DNA from: Bacteroidota bacterium
Lineage (GTDB): Bacteria > Bacteroidota > Bacteroidia > UKL13-3
Length of the DNA: 35,700 bases
NCBI GenBank assembly: GCA_947481365.1
Contig: CANKGI010000003.1
Coordinates: 1-35,700, forward strand
Reading direction: 5' to 3'
Every line of letters begins with the position of its first letter. Position 1 is the stretch's first letter. The position numbers were made by a program, and so were the translations under genes. Shown here piece by piece: positions 19,069 through 28,305 of this stretch. The notes under the pieces were generated by a model. That model searched no databases. It was not told the DNA's origin and was given only the letters and a program-made list of their open reading frames with translations.

Positions 19069-20541
19069 TCAAAATTGAAAATATACAAAAGGTGTTTCAA
19101 CAATATTCGACATCAGCATTATCGAAAATGCTGCAAAAAAGTAAATGCCAAATCGCTTAACCTGCGGAACTCTTTCCAAATATTCGTCTAATGTGGTGTT
19201 TCTTAATTTCCATTCAAAGTAAAAAAAAGCTGCGACAAAAAGGATGAGAACAGTGAAGGTTGTAAAATCGGTTCCGAGATACAAAAGATTTTGTCTCATG
19301 TTATTGGGATTATGCCAAATTTTCGATAACGAATCGCCAACATCGGTAAACATATTTAAAAAAAGTATGTAAGAATCATGAATATTTTTCGACCTGAAAA
19401 AAAATCCTCCAAATGCAAAAAGATGATAAATACAAATTGCTTGAATAATGTGTCTAATACTCGAATAATTTTTTAGCCAAGTTTTATTAATCAATTCTTT
19501 CCTATAGTCGCTTGTAGCTTTGGTGTATATTACGATGATACCATTGTATACGCCCCATGCAATGAAAGTCCAGTTTGCACCGTGCCAGAAACCGCTAATT
19601 AAAAACACAAACAAGAACACAAGCTGCCACTTCCATCTTTTTCTGATTAAGGGAAACAGTAAATAATCTCTAAACCAATTCATGAGAGATACGTGCCACT
19701 TACTCCAAAAACTATTAAACGATTTAGCAAAAAATGGAAGATCAAAATTTACCATTAAATCAATACCGAGTAATTTTGCCGAACCTCTTGCTATATCAGA
19801 ATACCCTGAAAAATCGCAATATACCTGCCATACAAAAAACAATAAAGCCAGATAAACTGAAGGTCCTTTTGAATTTTCGGGATTATCAAAAACAAAACTT
19901 ACAAGCACATTGATTTGATCGGCTATCACAATTTTTTTAAAGAGCCCCATTAAAATTAACCGTAACCCTTTAACAATATTCGACCATTCAAATTTTTGAT
20001 TGATATAAAACTGTGATAGTAAATGCTGTGGTCGTTCGATAGGACCTGCAACAAGCTGAGGAAAAAACATTACGTACAATGCATAAATTCCAAAATGACG
20101 CTCGGCTTTTTGTTTCCCTTTATAAATTTCGAGCGTATAACTCATTGCCTGAAAGGTGTGGAATGATAACCCGATTGGCAATAAAATGGATAAAAAAGGA
20201 AATTTATAGGTATGAATATTTAACGATTGAAATAATGCTTCAATGTTTTCGGTAAAAAAATTATAATACTTAAAAACACATAAAACACCAATGTTTGCAA
20301 CAAGACTTAGTTGCAGGTAAATTCCTTTTTTGTTTTGCGGAGCTGCTTCAATTAATATTCCAGCCAAATAATCTACCATGATTGTGAAGGCTAATATGAG
20401 AATATAAACCGGCACAAAAAACATATAGAAATAACAGCTGGCTGCTAAAAGTAATACCCATCGATATTTATGCGGAAGCACATAGTAAAATAGTGTTACT
20501 AATGGCAAAAAAATTAAATATTGGATGGAGTTAAATAGCAT
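19069..20541 (-). CDS. MBOAT family O-acyltransferase (AlgI/DltB-like)
   Basis: MLFNS, LPIGLSFHTFQ, FFPQLVAGPIER, YCDFSGYSDIA, FWSKWHVSL and GFWHGANW motifs; C-terminus PFVYFQF. Confidence 0.95.
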   Translation of the reverse strand: MLFNSIQYLIFLPLVTLFYYVLPHKYRWVLLLAASCYFYMFFVPVYILILAFTIMVDYLAGILIEAAPQNKKGIYLQLSLVANIGVLCVFKYYNFFTENIEALFQSLNIHTYKFPFLSILLPIGLSFHTFQAMSYTLEIYKGKQKAERHFGIYALYVMFFPQLVAGPIERPQHLLSQFYINQKFEWSNIVKGLRLILMGLFKKIVIADQINVLVSFVFDNPENSKGPSVYLALLFFVWQVYCDFSGYSDIARGSAKLLGIDLMVNFDLPFFAKSFNSFWSKWHVSLMNWFRDYLLFPLIRKRWKWQLVFLFVFLISGFWHGANWTFIAWGVYNGIIVIYTKATSDYRKELINKTWLKNYSSIRHIIQAICIYHLFAFGGFFFRSKNIHDSYILFLNMFTDVGDSLSKIWHNPNNMRQNLLYLGTDFTTFTVLILFVAAFFYFEWKLRNTTLDEYLERVPQVKRFGIYFFAAFSIMLMSNIVETPFVYFQF

Positions 20542-20770
20542 TTTTTGTTTTCTGTATGGCCTAAATTTATGTAATAAGTACTTTTAAGATTTACCAATTT
20601 CAAAAAAAGGTCTTTTTTACCTAATAACACCCGAATCTTACAATCATTAACCAACAACTCATTGTGAATAAATGATTCAATTAAGATATTCAGAATGGAA
20701 TCAAAAAAAATGTGAATATATGGGACAAGATTTTGAAAGTTAATTACCTAAATTTTAGATATTCGCAACG

Positions 20771-21886
20771 ATGAACACAAAAAGAAACAAATATTTTTTG
20801 CTATTCTTTATGGTTGTTGCATTCTTTCCTATCATTCAGGAAATTTTTCAACCCTTTAAATTAGTAGGATTATCAGGTGCCTTCGAAAATCATCAAGCCC
20901 CAGACTTTTCTACTCAAAATTTTTTAGACGGAAAATATCAAACAGGTGCTGATGAATATTTGAAAGAAAATACAGCCTTCCGTGCAGATATGATTAGATT
21001 GAGGAATCAAGCTAATTACAGTTTTTTTGGCAATATCAATACCATATTAACTTTAGGTAAGGAGCATTATATTTTCGATCCTAGTTACATTTCGGCTCTA
21101 AATGGCAATGATTTTCTAACTGATTCTATCCGTGATATAGAGACAAATTGTTTAATCAAATCATTACATATTTTAGATTCACTTCATATTCCGCTTATCT
21201 TTTGTATTGCGCCAAACAAAGCTTCATTTTACAATGAATTTTTGCCTCAAAAAACTGTTGAAGGAAATAAAACCAATCAAAAATATTTTGAAAAATTACT
21301 TACAGAAAACCATGTAAATGTGCTCAATTTCGATAGTTGGTTTAAATCTATTAAACAACAAAGCAAGTATCTGCTGATGCCAAAATATGGAGCACATTGG
21401 ACAATTTATGGTGCTTCTCTTGCAGGTGATTCACTATTTAAAATGGTTGAAAAAGTAAAGCAAAAGAAATATGCTTCGTTTTCGGTTTCCAGTTATGATG
21501 AATCATCAAAAGCAAAATACACAGATGATGATTATTTGCCAGCGCTAAATCTAATTGCGAGATGGAATTCTCCAATGATGGCATACCCTCAATTAAAATT
21601 TAATACGGGCGAAAAGCCAAACATCCTTGCCGTTTCTGATAGTTATTTCTGGAGTTTTTACGAACTCGAAATCATGCAAAATTGCGCTTCTCCTAAATCA
21701 GCAATGTGGTATTATAACAAATCGGTTTTTGATTATATGCGTGAAAAAAAATCGGAAAGAAATAATGCAATCAGTTATCAAGATTTAAAAAATAGAGATG
21801 CCATAATTATTTTGGCAGCAGCACCTAGCTTGAAAAATTTCGGATACAATTTTTTTGACCAACTTTCAAGCATCTCGTCAAAATGA
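20771..21886 (+). CDS. AlgJ/AlgX-related SGNH-like protein
   Basis: N-terminal TM, FRADMIRLRNQ, LGKEHYIF, APNKASFY.EFLP, GAHW..YGA and VSDSY; collinear with the protein at 15385-16701. Confidence 0.78.
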   Translation: MNTKRNKYFLLFFMVVAFFPIIQEIFQPFKLVGLSGAFENHQAPDFSTQNFLDGKYQTGADEYLKENTAFRADMIRLRNQANYSFFGNINTILTLGKEHYIFDPSYISALNGNDFLTDSIRDIETNCLIKSLHILDSLHIPLIFCIAPNKASFYNEFLPQKTVEGNKTNQKYFEKLLTENHVNVLNFDSWFKSIKQQSKYLLMPKYGAHWTIYGASLAGDSLFKMVEKVKQKKYASFSVSSYDESSKAKYTDDDYLPALNLIARWNSPMMAYPQLKFNTGEKPNILAVSDSYFWSFYELEIMQNCASPKSAMWYYNKSVFDYMREKKSERNNAISYQDLKNRDAIIILAAAPSLKNFGYNFFDQLSSISSK

Positions 21887-23373
21887 AAAAATATTCGCTC
21901 TATATTTTTATCATTATTCTCATGAGCAGCGGTATTTATTTTCATTTTAGTTCGTGCCACGAAGAAATGCCGAATGATTGTGATCAGTTTGGTTATTTAA
22001 ATTTATCGAAAGCATTTGATGAGCATAAAGTTTTTACGGCTCACGCCAATAGACCATATTTAGATGATTTACTCGACACACTTCGAAAATCAAATTTAGA
22101 TGAACGCGAATTTAGCTGGATGGTAACACCTCATGCCTATTACGTTTTACCTCACACTAACAAAGTCATAAACATGTACTCGCCCGGAACATCATTTGTT
22201 TTACACTTGATACCTATTGAGTATCGTAAAAGAATGTTCCCTGTGTTAGCTATATTTTTCCTCTTACTTTTTTCAATCATTGCATTGTATCGTGCTAACA
22301 ACAATACTTTTGGTTGGGCTGATATTATTTTACTATTATTTGCATTTTACATTACCGAAATAGTTCCTTTCAGAGCTGAGTTTGAACGCATCAATTCATT
22401 ATCCATCACATTTGGTTTATTGCTTGCTGCTGGGATATTATTAAGAAACAAACCACTGTTGAGCTGTTTCTTAATTGCACTTTCGGCAAACTTCAGGTAT
22501 GCAAATTTACTGCTGTTATTGCCTATCATTTTGTTCATCCCTCTTCCAAAAGTAATTTCAGTAAAGAAAGTTTTCGACATAATAAAAATCGGAATTACAT
22601 ATTTCGTAGTTACTCTTATCGCCATTTTGCCTCATTTAATTTATACGTATTTTTTATTGGGAAATCCGTTTAAATCAACTTATGCAGCAATTGATACTGC
22701 TATGAGTATGGATGTTTTAAAAAATTTGAATTTCTATTTTAATTACTCTCAACCTTGGTTCATATTTCATTTATTGCTGGTTGGTGTGATTGCTTATTTT
22801 GCCTATATACAAAAAACAACATGGCGATTTGTATTGTCGTTACTGGCCTTTCCGGTAATTAATTATTTGTTCTTCATTTTTAAAATGGTATCGATGAATT
22901 ACTATCCATATGGAAGTGCGTTTATTTTACTCGGTGCCATTTTATATATTTTAAAAGATGTAAATGTAAGTTTGCAGCAAGCTAAAAGGATTCAGATTGC
23001 ATGTGTTTTTATTTCCTTTTTAACATTTTCGTTTGGTATTATTTCATATTCATCAAAAAACCATCAATCATTTATCGAAGCAAAAAATGAGGTAAAAGGT
23101 TTGTGTTCATATGATATTATTTGGGGTGATTCTTATCCCGGAACTTCCGAATATGTTTGTACTAACAATGGCTTCAGGTATACATGGTCGACCATGAATG
23201 CCAGAATTATTGCAATGAAATTTCTTCACAACAGAAAATATTCACAGGCATTTATTCTTGATGAAATTCCCGTTGATGAAAAAATAATTGAAAGCGAAAT
23301 ACAGTCATGTAATTTGCTATATCATAAAATTCGAGACCCACATTTAGGAAATATTTTAATTATTGATAAATAA
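21883..23373 (+). CDS. Uncharacterised polytopic membrane protein, putative GT-C fold glycosyltransferase (paralogue A)
   Basis: N-terminal TM followed by an acidic CDQFGY motif and a large loop with YSPGT, then about ten more TMs, NFR, GNPF.STY and a small soluble C-terminal domain. ATGA overlap with the upstream gene. The CDS is secure; the function is inferred. Confidence 0.7.
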   Translation: MKKYSLYIFIIILMSSGIYFHFSSCHEEMPNDCDQFGYLNLSKAFDEHKVFTAHANRPYLDDLLDTLRKSNLDEREFSWMVTPHAYYVLPHTNKVINMYSPGTSFVLHLIPIEYRKRMFPVLAIFFLLLFSIIALYRANNNTFGWADIILLLFAFYITEIVPFRAEFERINSLSITFGLLLAAGILLRNKPLLSCFLIALSANFRYANLLLLLPIILFIPLPKVISVKKVFDIIKIGITYFVVTLIAILPHLIYTYFLLGNPFKSTYAAIDTAMSMDVLKNLNFYFNYSQPWFIFHLLLVGVIAYFAYIQKTTWRFVLSLLAFPVINYLFFIFKMVSMNYYPYGSAFILLGAILYILKDVNVSLQQAKRIQIACVFISFLTFSFGIISYSSKNHQSFIEAKNEVKGLCSYDIIWGDSYPGTSEYVCTNNGFRYTWSTMNARIIAMKFLHNRKYSQAFILDEIPVDEKIIESEIQSCNLLYHKIRDPHLGNILIIDK

Positions 23374-23384
23374 AAAATGAATTG

Positions 23385-24872
23385 ATGAATAAATACATTT
23401 TCTATTTAATTTTATTGATTTTATGCAGTACTGGTTTTTATTTAAAATTTCAAAAAAACCATCAGGATATCCCTATGCGTTGTGATGAATTCGGATACAT
23501 GAATTTAGCAAAAGTATTTGATGAAAACATCGCGTATGTTGAGCATACGAAAAGACCATACATGCCTAAACTTCTCGACACCTTGAGAAAATCATCGATA
23601 ACAGAAGAAGAAATAGATTGGATGGTCGTTCCGCATGCTTATTATGTTGTACCGAACACAAATAAAATTGTTAACCAATATCCTCCGGCAACTTCATGGT
23701 TGTTGAGTTTATTTCCTCTTGAACATCGTAGAATGCTGTTTCCATTAATTGCTGTATTTATTTTTTTATTGTTTCCTTTTTTATCTCAACTTAATATAAA
23801 ACAAAAAAAGGTAAACTGGACAGATTGTGCACTTGTCTTATTTGTTTTTATCATGTCTGTTAGCGTACCGTTCATAACAGAATTTGCTCGAATTAATTCG
23901 CTGGCATTCACGTTTGGATTACTATTAACGGCAGGAATGCTTGTTGAACGAAACACAATATTGGCATTCTTTTTAATTGCATTAACAATTAATTTCAGAC
24001 CAGTAAATATGCTGATGTTAATTCCAATAATCACGTTTATTCCCATCTCAACTTGGCTACGCGAAAAAAATTACACGGCTTTTATTACTGCTATTCTGAA
24101 ATATGTTGGTCTGCTTATTCTTGCTGTTCTTCCTTACTTTGTGTATGTGTATTTGTTGTTTGGAAATCCATTTATGTCAACGTATTCTTCTTACGATACT
24201 ACCGCAAATAACAACCTCTTTGAGAATATGCTTTTTTACTTCAACATAAATCGGCATTGGTTTATTTTTCATTTAGTGGTTGTTGGTGTATTACTTACTT
24301 TGTCGTTACTTAAAATTACTTCCTATACATTCTTTTTTCAAGCACTATTTTTTCCGATATTCAATTATGTTTTTTTTATCTACCATGATATTCATTTAGA
24401 TTATTATCCATATGCATCTTCCATTATTTTACTTGGCATCTGTATAGCTCAAATTCAAAAAATTCCTTACAAAATCAATCATACTAAAATTGCTCTTGTA
24501 TTTAGTTTACTTATCGGCATCACTATTTTTTGTGATGGATTATATACTTCATACAATAACCCGGTTCGTTCTTTTGAAGATGCAAAAAAAGACTATTCGT
24601 GCTTATGTAATTATGATATTGTTTGGGGAGAATTATTAACGGGAAGTTGCGAGTATGTATGCGGAAACAATGGATATAAATACAGTCCAACATCACCAAG
24701 GGCAAGAAAAATAGCTATGAAATTTTTACACGACCATCATTACAAACAAGCGATTTTATTAAACGATAATTTGGTAGATAAGCAAACAGTGATTGAAGAA
24801 GTTTTGTCTATTAATTTAAAATATCATATTGTATTTGATAACATTGTAAAAGAAATTTTAGTATTAGAATAA
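23385..24872 (+). CDS. Uncharacterised polytopic membrane protein, putative GT-C fold glycosyltransferase (paralogue B)
   Basis: Collinear with paralogue A: CDEFGY, LLDTLRKS, PHAYYV, QYPP, RINSL, GNPF.STY, YYPY, EYVC.NNG and IAMKFLH. ATG at 23385; the ORF track uses the TTG at 23382. Confidence 0.7.
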   Translation: MNKYIFYLILLILCSTGFYLKFQKNHQDIPMRCDEFGYMNLAKVFDENIAYVEHTKRPYMPKLLDTLRKSSITEEEIDWMVVPHAYYVVPNTNKIVNQYPPATSWLLSLFPLEHRRMLFPLIAVFIFLLFPFLSQLNIKQKKVNWTDCALVLFVFIMSVSVPFITEFARINSLAFTFGLLLTAGMLVERNTILAFFLIALTINFRPVNMLMLIPIITFIPISTWLREKNYTAFITAILKYVGLLILAVLPYFVYVYLLFGNPFMSTYSSYDTTANNNLFENMLFYFNINRHWFIFHLVVVGVLLTLSLLKITSYTFFFQALFFPIFNYVFFIYHDIHLDYYPYASSIILLGICIAQIQKIPYKINHTKIALVFSLLIGITIFCDGLYTSYNNPVRSFEDAKKDYSCLCNYDIVWGELLTGSCEYVCGNNGYKYSPTSPRARKIAMKFLHDHHYKQAILLNDNLVDKQTVIEEVLSINLKYHIVFDNIVKEILVLE

Positions 24873-26288
24873 ATGGTTTTTAGCAGCATAACATTCCTTG
24901 TGTATTTTTTGCCTTTCTTTTTGTTGGGGTATTATTTAGTACCCGACAGATTTAAAAATCGTTGGCTGGTTCTTGGAAGTCTTTTATTTTACAGCTGGGG
25001 TGCACCAAAATTCTTACCGGCTGTAATTGTTAGCTGCCTAATTGATTTTATTTGCGCATTAAATTACAAAAAGAAATACGGAAAATTCTGGTTTGTATTT
25101 TCTATTGTTTCAAACGTTTTGATGTTGGTATATTTTAAGTATGCCAATTTTTTTGCCGAGAACATTAATTCATTAACTGAAATTTTAGGTGGAAACAGAT
25201 TTCAATGGAGTGCTATTATTCTTCCTATTGGAATTTCATTTCTTACATTCCAAAAAATTAGCTACCTCACTGATGTATATCGTGGAGATTGTGAACCACA
25301 GAGGAACTTCACAAATTATCTTCTCTTTATCATTTTGTTTCCTCACTCTATTGCTGGTCCAATTATTCGTTACAAAGAAATTAGCGAACAGCTTGTAAAC
25401 CGCTTTAAGTTCATCACACCCGATTATATTATTTTAGGACTTACCCAATTTATCATTGGATTAAGTAAAAAAGTTTTGCTTTCAAACACATTAGGTGAAC
25501 AGGCAAATTCTATTTTTAATTTAAACTTAAATGAACTCGATTTTACGAAATCGTGGATTGGCATTTTATCTTATACGTTTCAAATATATCTCGACTTCTC
25601 AGGTTACTCTGATATGGCTATCGGACTTGGAAAAATGATGGGATTTAGAATTCCTGTCAATTTTAATTTCCCATATACATCAAAAAGCATAACCGAGTTT
25701 TGGAAACGTTGGCACATTACTTTGGGTAATTGGATGAAAGATTATTTATACATCCCGTTAGGTGGTAATAAAGTTACCATTAACAGAACTTACATCAATC
25801 TTTTGGTGGTATTTATTTTATCTGGTTTTTGGCATGGTGCAAGCTGGAGTTTTATTATTTGGGGAGCTTATCACGGCAGCTTTTTAATTATCGAAAGATT
25901 ATCACTCTCTAAAATTTTAAAAAGAATTCATCCGTCCATTTCAGTCACATATACATTTTTGGTGGTGATGATTGGATGGGTATTTTTTCGTTCGGCTGAA
26001 TACAACGATGCAATATTATTTATCAGAAAAATGTTTGATTTCGGAAGAATCGATTTCGCATTTTTGAGTACGTTAAACAATCGTTATTATTTTGTTCTAA
26101 TTACCGCATTTGTTTTCTCTTTTCAATCTGAAAAAATACAGCTTCAACTCAATGCTGTTTACGAAAAACAAATAACGATTAAAGGTTTTATTTGGATAAC
26201 TTATTTCGCTTTGCTACTGTTGTATCTGCTCAATTTAGGAGAATTATTCGCAACCGGATTTAATCCGTTTATCTATTTTAAGTTTTAA
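24873..26288 (+). CDS. MBOAT family O-acyltransferase (AlgI/DltB/PatA-like)
   Basis: LPIGISFLTFQ, IAGPIIRY, YLDFSGYSDMAIG, FWKRWHITL, YIPLGGN and GFWHGA motifs; C-terminus PFIYFKF. The ATG directly abuts the upstream TAA. Confidence 0.95.
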   Translation: MVFSSITFLVYFLPFFLLGYYLVPDRFKNRWLVLGSLLFYSWGAPKFLPAVIVSCLIDFICALNYKKKYGKFWFVFSIVSNVLMLVYFKYANFFAENINSLTEILGGNRFQWSAIILPIGISFLTFQKISYLTDVYRGDCEPQRNFTNYLLFIILFPHSIAGPIIRYKEISEQLVNRFKFITPDYIILGLTQFIIGLSKKVLLSNTLGEQANSIFNLNLNELDFTKSWIGILSYTFQIYLDFSGYSDMAIGLGKMMGFRIPVNFNFPYTSKSITEFWKRWHITLGNWMKDYLYIPLGGNKVTINRTYINLLVVFILSGFWHGASWSFIIWGAYHGSFLIIERLSLSKILKRIHPSISVTYTFLVVMIGWVFFRSAEYNDAILFIRKMFDFGRIDFAFLSTLNNRYYFVLITAFVFSFQSEKIQLQLNAVYEKQITIKGFIWITYFALLLLYLLNLGELFATGFNPFIYFKF

Positions 26289-26301
26289 GATTAGCGAAAA
26301 T

Positions 26302-28254
26302 TTATTCGTAAATTCTTTTCAGTAAAAATTCCTTTTTTGGTGCAATAACCAATGGAACTTTTTCAACTATTACCGAACTCGTATCAAGCCCAAATGCTTT
26401 TACTTCTGTAAGCGCAAAACGATCGAGCATAAAATAAAGATCCATAATAAATCGCTCGTATGCTGATAACTCATTTTCATATGAAAGATGACGTTGTAAA
26501 ACAACAAATCTGAAATCACCTGTTATATTTTGTTTGCTCAATGATGCATATCGTGATGTTACATCCACTTCATGTCTTTGCATCAAATCTTCAATCACTT
26601 TTCTGAAATAAAAATTGATTTTTTGCTCGACCCTGAAACCCAATTTAAACTCAACTTTTACTACATCTTGTGGAACAACAAAATCAACTTTGTATTCCAT
26701 TGTATATGGTTTATCATCAACATGAATATGCACAAACCAATATATATCGGCACGTTTAGGCTGTTTCTGTAATATCGAATACATCACCTTCGATTCAATG
26801 TCCATTAAATGATCGGCACTTGTTAAGTAAACTAAATGTGTTGCAAATTTTGGCACTGATGTATCATGACTTAGTTCTTGAAGTATCGGCAGATAATCGC
26901 GAAGGTTAACAAATTCGGTAAGTCGGTTTTTAATTTTTCTACCTTTAAACCACACCCACATTATTGCTATAAATCCAAGACTGATAAGTAAAGTTACCCA
27001 ACCACCATGACTAAACTTTTGAAGATTAGCTACTAAAAACGAAAGCTCAATCGACAAATACACAATCAGAATAATGGTAACAAACCATTTTGGAGCTTTA
27101 ATTTTTCGCAAATAATTGGCAAGCAAAACAGTTGTCATTAACATTGCAATGGTAATTGCCAAACCATATGCTGCACCCATGTTTGCCGATTCTTTAAAAT
27201 ATAAAACCACACCAATACAACCTGCCCATAAAATCCAATTTGCACTTGGAACATATAACTGACCTTTGGTTTCGGTAGGATATTTTACAGTAACCTTAGG
27301 CCACACGTTTAAACGCAATGCCTCAGAAATTAATGTAAACGATCCGCTAATTAATGCCTGACTGGCAATGATAGCAGCTAAAGTTGCAATGATAATTCCA
27401 GTGAGCAAAAACCATGGTGGCATTAATGAAAAGAAAGGATGCAAGCTAGCTGTTGGATGAAATACTTTTCCTTCAAACTGAAGCACCCAAGCACCTTGCC
27501 CCATGTAATTTAATATCAAAGCTACTTTAACAAAAATCCAACTCACACGAATATTTTGTCTTCCGCAATGTCCTAAATCTGAATACAAAGCCTCTGCTCC
27601 TGTTGTACAAAGAAAGACAGCTCCTAGTAACCAAAATCCTTCGGGATAATGAACCAATAAATTATATGCGTAATACGGATTAAGTGAAGCTAAAATTTGT
27701 GGATGTTGAGCCATCGATGTCAAACCCAAAATTGCCAACATCGAAAACCAAACTAACATAATCGGACCAAACGCTTTACCAACAAGTGTAGTTCCAATGC
27801 GTTGTATCACAAACAAAGATGTGATAATAATTAACACAATGGGAATGGTAGGAATATCTGCCTGCAAAATCCTCAAACCTTCCACAGCTGATGCTACAGA
27901 GATTGGAGGAGTAATAACTCCATCGGCAAGCAAAGCACAACCTCCAACAATTGCCGGAAAAATGAGATATGGTTTTCTTCTTCGAATGAGTGCATACAAT
28001 GAAAAAATGCCACCCTCCCCATTGTTATCGGCACGAAGTGTAATAATTACATATTTTAAAGTGGTTTGTAATGTAAGCGTCCAAAAAATACAGGAAAGAG
28101 AACCGTAAATCAGTTCCTTCGAAATCATTCTTCCTCCGATAATCTCATTAAATACATAAAGTGGAGAAGTACCAATATCTCCGTATATAATGCCGAGGGT
28201 AACTATTAAACCTGCTAAACTAAGCTTATGCGTATTGCTATGATGCTCGCTCAC
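26302..28254 (-). CDS. kup: KUP/HAK/KT potassium transporter
   Basis: LGIIYGDIGTSPLY, ADNNGEGG, TGAEALYSDLGH, ASQALISG and GQLYVP motifs; GTG start. Confidence 0.97.
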   Translation of the reverse strand: MSEHHSNTHKLSLAGLIVTLGIIYGDIGTSPLYVFNEIIGGRMISKELIYGSLSCIFWTLTLQTTLKYVIITLRADNNGEGGIFSLYALIRRRKPYLIFPAIVGGCALLADGVITPPISVASAVEGLRILQADIPTIPIVLIIITSLFVIQRIGTTLVGKAFGPIMLVWFSMLAILGLTSMAQHPQILASLNPYYAYNLLVHYPEGFWLLGAVFLCTTGAEALYSDLGHCGRQNIRVSWIFVKVALILNYMGQGAWVLQFEGKVFHPTASLHPFFSLMPPWFLLTGIIIATLAAIIASQALISGSFTLISEALRLNVWPKVTVKYPTETKGQLYVPSANWILWAGCIGVVLYFKESANMGAAYGLAITIAMLMTTVLLANYLRKIKAPKWFVTIILIVYLSIELSFLVANLQKFSHGGWVTLLISLGFIAIMWVWFKGRKIKNRLTEFVNLRDYLPILQELSHDTSVPKFATHLVYLTSADHLMDIESKVMYSILQKQPKRADIYWFVHIHVDDKPYTMEYKVDFVVPQDVVKVEFKLGFRVEQKINFYFRKVIEDLMQRHEVDVTSRYASLSKQNITGDFRFVVLQRHLSYENELSAYERFIMDLYFMLDRFALTEVKAFGLDTSSVIVEKVPLVIAPKKEFLLKRIYE

Positions 28255-28271
28255 TCAATCAAAAATTTAAA

Positions 28272-28301
28272 CAAATGTAAGAAGTATTTTGAATCTGCAA
28301 A
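28272..28301 (-). promoter_or_regulatory. Bacteroidota sigma-A promoter for kup (TTTG - 18 nt - TACATTTG)
   Basis: On the minus strand, TTTG at 28301-28298 and TACATTTG at 28279-28272, upstream of the GTG at 28254. The spacer is slightly shorter than the usual 19-21 nt. Confidence 0.55.
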
Positions 28302-28305
28302 TTCA

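Noticed and set aside
19068-19103. N-terminal extension of the SGNH ORF to 19103
   Set aside because: Overlaps the conserved MBOAT C-terminal tail; the ATGs at 19067 and 19058 give a normal membrane anchor.
13591-19228. A8 homopolymer runs (for example near 13591 and 19221) as phase-variation sites
   Set aside because: Expected by chance in DNA this AT-rich; the frames are intact and there are no long G/C tracts.
20542-20770. Invertible promoter or small DltX-like ORF in the divergent region
   Set aside because: No flanking inverted repeats or recombinase seen, and no small ORF ending in a tyrosine motif; that motif is already fused to the MBOATs.
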